DNA of 32,000 nucleotides from Candidatus Saccharimonadota bacterium (GTDB lineage Bacteria; Bacteroidota; Bacteroidia; Cytophagales; Amoebophilaceae): NCBI RefSeq assembly GCF_965196625.1, contig NZ_OZ239769.1, positions 480,001 to 512,000 of the forward strand, read 5' to 3'. Shown piece by piece: positions 27,185 to 32,000 of this stretch (position 1 is its first letter; each line of letters starts with the position of its first letter). The notes under the pieces were generated by a model. It saw only the letters and a program-made list of their open reading frames with translations, ran no database searches and was not told where the DNA came from. The position numbers and the translations under genes were made by a program.

Positions 27185-27790
27185 TTAGGCGATTAAACTT
27201 TGCAGCTGTATAAAAGGATTTATTTTTTGTTGTTTGGCAGTTAGGTAGATAGATATTACCCGTTCTAAGAATCTATCACCTCTTTGTGATTGTGTAAAGT
27301 ATGGGTTTTTACGATAGACGACATAGTGGCTGATTTGCCTTTCAGCCAAGTTATTGGTCAAAGGAATATTTACTGGGTCTTGTTCAAATCTCCACAGCAT
27401 AATCCCTAGCAATATGTGCCCAACAGAGTTGCCGATTAGTGGGAGGAAAGTAACTGTAAACCGCATATCTATCGCTCACTACAATGTGTTGTTTAGGATT
27501 TAGACCACTTTTTTCTAAAACTTTTCTGCTTCTGGAATTAGTAAACTTAAATAAAGTGGTCATATTATTGGTAAAGACCCAACCCCAGTTTAGTTTACTG
27601 CTGTTATAGTGCCCCATCTCATCTATATGGAGTACCTTGTTTGCCTTAATCGTTGTTTCTATAGCTTGATAAGCTGCTTTGCATTTAGAAGCTACTCTAG
27701 CTTCGCTGTTAGAGCTACCACCAAGGCTGATATCTAGATTAAAGAAGTTTTTAAATATACAAACTGAGACCGTTACAATAGGTAGGCATT
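27185..27790 (-). pseudogene. IS66-family transposase remnant (5'-truncated, frameshifted)
   Basis: The minus strand reads ...KANKVLHIDEMGHYNSSKLNWGWVF...VVSDRYAVYSYF...RQLCWAHIARDY, then in another frame PLTNNLAERQISHYVVYRKNPYFTQSQRGDRFLERVISIYLTAKQQKINPF. These are the DDE-region and C-terminal motifs of IS66 transposases. No N-terminal half and no terminal repeats were seen. The upstream boundary is approximate. Confidence 0.68.
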
Positions 27791-27966
27791 AAAATTTTTG
27801 TTATTCTTCTAGGGTTATTTTTGCTGTTATGGAATCATAAGCTTTATTATTTATTGATTGTTAGGTTAATTGTTTTTGTTCACGACTATGGCAATAAAAC
27901 TTGTTAAATGCGGCAGCGGCATGTGAGTGAGTAGATAGCTGGTATCTATTTAGTTGATACTAAAGG

Positions 27967-28410
27967 TTATTTGTTGTAAAATGCGTCTAGAATCATTTTC
28001 ATAGACTGAATAACTGTATCAGCTATAGCATTAACACATGCATTCGCACAAGGCTCCGCATCCTTATATTTATCCTTTGCATTGACATGCCTAAGAAAAA
28101 GGTCAATAAGGCTATCAGTTATGTTTACACTAATAAGCTTAGGCAATGTATTATTTATAAGTCTACGAAACAACTGGCGCGCAAGCTCTGGTTTGTGCTT
28201 GCTGTCCTTACTTGCTTCTTCAGCACAACTGAAAAAAAATGTGATTAGATCAATTTTAAGCTCATCAAACTGGTTATGTTTAATCACCTGGCTGTTTTTA
28301 AGCATCTGGTTATTTTTAAACGTATTTATAAAACTGCATAGTTTGCTTATTGAATCCTTCTTACTCGTAAAAGAGCCACTATTACTGATCAGTTGCATGC
28401 CCTTATACAT
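27967..28410 (-). CDS. hypothetical protein (orphan-like, predicted helical)
   Basis: 147-aa ORF in AT-rich DNA with no motif I recognise. Chosen over the overlapping plus-strand ORF 28082-28447, whose translation is low-complexity L/S/F-rich. Confidence 0.35.
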   Translation of the reverse strand: MYKGMQLISNSGSFTSKKDSISKLCSFINTFKNNQMLKNSQVIKHNQFDELKIDLITFFFSCAEEASKDSKHKPELARQLFRRLINNTLPKLISVNITDSLIDLFLRHVNAKDKYKDAEPCANACVNAIADTVIQSMKMILDAFYNK

Positions 28411-28795
28411 AACTATGTTGATGCATAATATGGTTACATCCTCCTAACATAGATAGGTACAACAGATAAATTTTTTTACGCAACATACTATTAGCCATTT
28501 AAACTAAAAAATAACCTGTTTCATACAGGTGTGTTGATTTATTAGGAATAATAATCCATTTCAAATAATAATAAATATTTTAATTGTTTCAAACAATTTT
28601 CAGAATTTTATAAATATTTACAACAAATTGCCTTTTGCTATATACCATTCATCTATTGGGGGTATTCCAAAAATTGAAAGCTTTTATATCCCTATTTATA
28701 TAAGTATATGTATGCTATAAAAATTGCAGTGCTTTATCCTGTTTTCTCTATTTTATTCGTATTTTTAAGCGTTTTCAAATTTTAATCCTCTATTT

Positions 28796-31312
28796 ATGGA
28801 TACCACACCAACGGATCGTATTATACCAATCAATATAGAAGACGAAATGCGCGATGCATACATAGATTATTCTATGTCTGTTATTGTCTCCAGAGCATTG
28901 CCTGATGTACGGGATGGTTTAAAGCCTGTGCATAGGCGGGTATTGTATGGTATGTATGAGCTTGGTCTCAGTCAAAGTAAGTCTTATAAGAAGTCTGCTA
29001 GAATTGTAGGAGAAGTGCTGGGTAAATATCATCCACATGGTGATGTAGCGATTTATGAAGCAATGGCGCGTATGGCCCAAGGTTGGTCACTCCGTTACCC
29101 ATTGATAGAAGGTCAGGGTAACTTTGGCTCTATCGATGGAGATGCCCCTGCAGCTATGCGGTATACTGAGGCTCGTTTGGTGCGTATTTCTGAAGAGCTG
29201 ATTAAAGAAATAAACAAAGATACTGTTGACTTTCAGTCTAACTTTGATGCCTCTTTAGAAGAACCCGTTGTACTGCCTGCTAAACTCCCCAACTTGCTTT
29301 TAAACGGTGCATCTGGTATTGCCGTCGGTATGGCAACCAATATGGCGCCGCATAATTTATCAGAGACCTTGAGTGCTATTGTAGCCTATATTGAAAATCA
29401 TGATATTACCATTCCTGAATTGATGCAATATATTATAGCACCTGACTTTCCTACTGGTGGCATCATCTATGGCTATAGTGGGGTGCGTGACGCATTTCAA
29501 ACCGGAAGAGGCCGTGTTGTATTGCGTGGAAAGGCTACGATTGAAGTAGCAGCTAATGGAAAAGAGCAAATCATTGTAACAGAAATACCTTATCAGGTTA
29601 ACAAGGCAGTGATGATAGAAAGGACTGCAAGCCTGGTCAATGAAAAAAAAATAGAAGGTATTGCTGATATTCGAGATGAATCAGATAAAGAGGGCATGCG
29701 TATTGTCTATGAACTCAAACGCGATGCCATAGCAAATGTCGTCCTTAATAATCTCTACAAACAAACCCAGCTACAAAGTTCTTTTAGCGTGAATAATGTG
29801 GCACTAGTAGAGGGTAGACCTAAAATTTTAGACCTTAAAGCACTCATTGTCCATTTTGTCGACCATAGACATGAAGTCTTGGTACGCAAAACCACATTTG
29901 ACCTCGAGCATGCAAAGAAGAAAATGCATTTGCTAGAAGGTTATCTTATCGCGCTAGACCATTTAGATAGAGTGATTGCACTGATTCGTGCTTCAAAAGA
30001 TCCAGAACTTGCTAAAGCAGCATTGATGGAAACCTTCCCTTTAAGTGAAATACAAGCAAAAGCCATTTTAGAAATGCGTTTGCAGCGGCTTACTGGTCTA
30101 GAGCGTGCTAAGATTGTAGAAGAGCATCGTCAAGTCCAAGAACTTATCGACCATCTATTAAAGGTATTGGCTGATAAGGCCCTTCGTATGGAGTTGATTA
30201 AAGAAGAACTCGTTGCCCTTAAAGAGCGCTATGGCGATGCACGTAGAACGGTAGTCGAGTATGATGCAGATGCATTTACCATGGAAGATATGATTCCAGA
30301 TACTGAAATGGTCATTATGATTTCCAACCAAGGCTATATCAAAAGGACCCCATTGGTGGACTATCGCCTACAGGGTCGAGGCGGAGTAGGTGCCAAGGGT
30401 ATCATCACTAAAAAAGATGATTTTACCGCACATCTGTTTATAGCTACCGCACACCAATACTTGCTGATATTTACTGAATATGGCAAGATCTATTGGGTAA
30501 AAGTCTATACGATACCAGAAACCAAAAAGACCACACAAGGCAAAGCCATACAAAACTTAATCAATATAGCTCCTGGAGACCAGGTACGTAGTATCATTCA
30601 AGTTAGGGATCTGAAAGACCATGCATATGTTGACCATTATTATGTAGTCATGTGTACCAGAAAAGGGATTATTAAAAAAACCCCTTTGCGTGCCTATGCT
30701 ACGCCACGTGCCAATGGCATTCATGCCATTGTAATTCGAGAGGGAGATTCTCTATTAGAGGTCCAACTAACCAATGGTAGCCATCATATTGTATTGGCAT
30801 TAGAGTCTGGTAGGGCTACGCAGTTTAATGAGCAAGATGTTCGTCCTATGGGACGCGTCGTTTCTGGCATAAGGGGTATTACGTTAGCCCATGCAGCCGA
30901 TCGTGTGATTGGCATGGCCTGTTTTCCCACATCAGATTTAGATGTTTTAGTTGTCTCTGAAAATGGGTATGGCAAACGTTCTTCTCTTACAGATTATCGC
31001 ATTACCAAAAGAGGTGGTAAAGGCGTGAAAACCATTCAGGTTACTCAAAAAACTGGAAAATTAGTGGCCATTCATGCCGTAAAAAACCAAGATGAATTGA
31101 TGATTATGAACCAATCTGGTGTGGCCATTCGGATTGAAGTAAGCACCTTGCCCCTTATAGGTAGGGCTACCCAAGGCGTTCGACTGATTCGATTAGGGCA
31201 AGGTGATAAAATCGCTTCTGTAGCCAGAATAGATGTTTTAGAACAAGTTGATCCGCAAGATGAGCAAGTAGCGCCATATGCAGAAAATATAGAGACATTG
31301 CCTGTCGATTAG
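28796..31312 (+). CDS. gyrA: DNA gyrase subunit A
   Basis: 838 aa. [20 protein letters not shown] (QRDR region), catalytic-Tyr context [10 protein letters not shown], and C-terminal beta-pinwheel repeats including the GyrA-box-like [10 protein letters not shown]. Confidence 0.97.
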   Translation: MDTTPTDRIIPINIEDEMRDAYIDYSMSVIVSRALPDVRDGLKPVHRRVLYGMYELGLSQSKSYKKSARIVGEVLGKYHPHGDVAIYEAMARMAQGWSLRYPLIEGQGNFGSIDGDAPAAMRYTEARLVRISEELIKEINKDTVDFQSNFDASLEEPVVLPAKLPNLLLNGASGIAVGMATNMAPHNLSETLSAIVAYIENHDITIPELMQYIIAPDFPTGGIIYGYSGVRDAFQTGRGRVVLRGKATIEVAANGKEQIIVTEIPYQVNKAVMIERTASLVNEKKIEGIADIRDESDKEGMRIVYELKRDAIANVVLNNLYKQTQLQSSFSVNNVALVEGRPKILDLKALIVHFVDHRHEVLVRKTTFDLEHAKKKMHLLEGYLIALDHLDRVIALIRASKDPELAKAALMETFPLSEIQAKAILEMRLQRLTGLERAKIVEEHRQVQELIDHLLKVLADKALRMELIKEELVALKERYGDARRTVVEYDADAFTMEDMIPDTEMVIMISNQGYIKRTPLVDYRLQGRGGVGAKGIITKKDDFTAHLFIATAHQYLLIFTEYGKIYWVKVYTIPETKKTTQGKAIQNLINIAPGDQVRSIIQVRDLKDHAYVDHYYVVMCTRKGIIKKTPLRAYATPRANGIHAIVIREGDSLLEVQLTNGSHHIVLALESGRATQFNEQDVRPMGRVVSGIRGITLAHAADRVIGMACFPTSDLDVLVVSENGYGKRSSLTDYRITKRGGKGVKTIQVTQKTGKLVAIHAVKNQDELMIMNQSGVAIRIEVSTLPLIGRATQGVRLIRLGQGDKIASVARIDVLEQVDPQDEQVAPYAENIETLPVD

Positions 31313-31508
31313 CCCAAAAAAATTTGTTGGAATATTTATTTAAGTTCTATAAGCCAGTCTGCTTGTTTGGTATTGTATAACTCAAAAGTTTTGTATAAAC
31401 TTGTTGGCCAAGCCAATAAAAACGCTCAAATGGGTTTTTATTTTTAGGCTATATGGCAGGTATGCCTAATAATTTTGAGTTATGATGCTATTAACCGTCC
31501 TATTTTAG

Positions 31509-32000
31509 GTGTTGTGTAGATGTGTTTTGGCATCTATTTATTCCTGCAATGTGCATCATTTAAAAATAGCTTCACCCATTTTGTTGCCCTATTTATTCAA
31601 ACACCAAATAATTGGTCAAGATCAAAAAAGAGCTGATCAGTATATTCGATATGGCAATCAGCTGAGGCTAGATAGACCCGTTTCTGTTTTATCTAACAGT
31701 AAATATATTCAGGATATAATCAGCAGTAACCTATCTATAGCTAAACGGTTCGACCAACTAGTTCAAGATATCAACGTAATCGCTATTGAAAAAAAAATCA
31801 ATACTACCCCAAAAGACCAACTTAAAAAGTTAATGAACCAAAAAGACAAGTATGGTTATACGCCTTTGCTATGGTGCCTAGATCGTAGGATTTTGGATGG
31901 CCTAAACGTTGTCCAAAAAGGCGACTATTTATCTATATTGCATCTCTTCTTACATCATCCTGATTGTGATGTTTCTATCCTAGATAACAATCATATCAGT
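31509..32000 (+). CDS. ankyrin-repeat protein, 5' part (runs off the window end; start uncertain)
   Basis: The frame is open from 31509 (stop at 31506-31508) to the window end. It reads ...KKLMNQKDKYGYTPLLWCLDRRILDGLNVVQKGDYLSILHLFLHHPDCDVSILDNNHIS (ANK-like G-x-TPL motif). Only GTG/TTG starts are available early in this frame; the nearby ATG at 31520 is in another frame. Confidence 0.5.
   Translation, partial: MLCRCVLASIYSCNVHHLKIASPILLPYLFKHQIIGQDQKRADQYIRYGNQLRLDRPVSVLSNSKYIQDIISSNLSIAKRFDQLVQDINVIAIEKKINTTPKDQLKKLMNQKDKYGYTPLLWCLDRRILDGLNVVQKGDYLSILHLFLHHPDCDVSILDNNHIS

Noticed and set aside
28082-28447. 121-aa plus-strand ORF overlapping 27967-28410.
   Set aside because: The translation is dominated by L/S/F/I runs typical of reading AT-rich DNA out of frame. 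The minus-strand ORF looks more protein-like, although neither is strongly supported.
1-32000. tRNA, rRNA, tmRNA, RNase P or SRP RNA genes in the intergenic regions.
   Set aside because: I scanned the spacers by eye. They are mostly AT-rich, and none shows cloverleaf-compatible stems or conserved RNA motifs. A covariance-model scan would be needed to exclude them formally.

Overview
AT-rich bacterial window with two kinds of content.

(1) Conserved housekeeping blocks:
- 1-4217: rpsP, acpP-fabF-rnc, sufB.
- 8000-14338: trhO-like rhodanese gene, a flavodoxin-like ORF, an LptF/LptG permease, tgt, lptB, gatB.
- 28796-31312: gyrA.
Gene order and protein sequences look Bacteroidota-like.

(2) Two decaying or accessory stretches:
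- 4224-7963: a four-piece AAA-ATPase/PD-(D/E)XK pseudogene, a truncated sodium:solute-symporter paralog, an ankyrin remnant, a 5'-truncated and frameshifted dprA, and a tandem ~120-nt palindromic repeat.
- 14340-28790: two paralogous ankyrin + RING-H2 eukaryote-like proteins, one intact and one decayed IS256-family element, resolvase and IS66 remnants, a frameshifted AmpD-type amidase and an Rpn/YhgA-like nuclease. It also holds a 1193-aa fusion of an SSS transporter domain, a second TM block, a degenerate histidine-kinase-like module and a catalytically degenerate RelA/SpoT-type HD domain.
A further ankyrin ORF runs off the 3' end.

ANK/RING proteins, a heavy IS load and dense pseudogenes are what is described for amoeba- or arthropod-associated intracellular Bacteroidota such as Candidatus Amoebophilus or Cardinium. 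That attribution is inference only and needs a database search. I saw no rRNA, tRNA or CRISPR array.

Best candidates for something new are the SSS/pseudo-kinase/pseudo-SpoT fusion protein and the tandem ANK-RING-H2 pair with its conserved Cys-rich leader. All domain calls come from reading the translations by eye; no profile searches were run.
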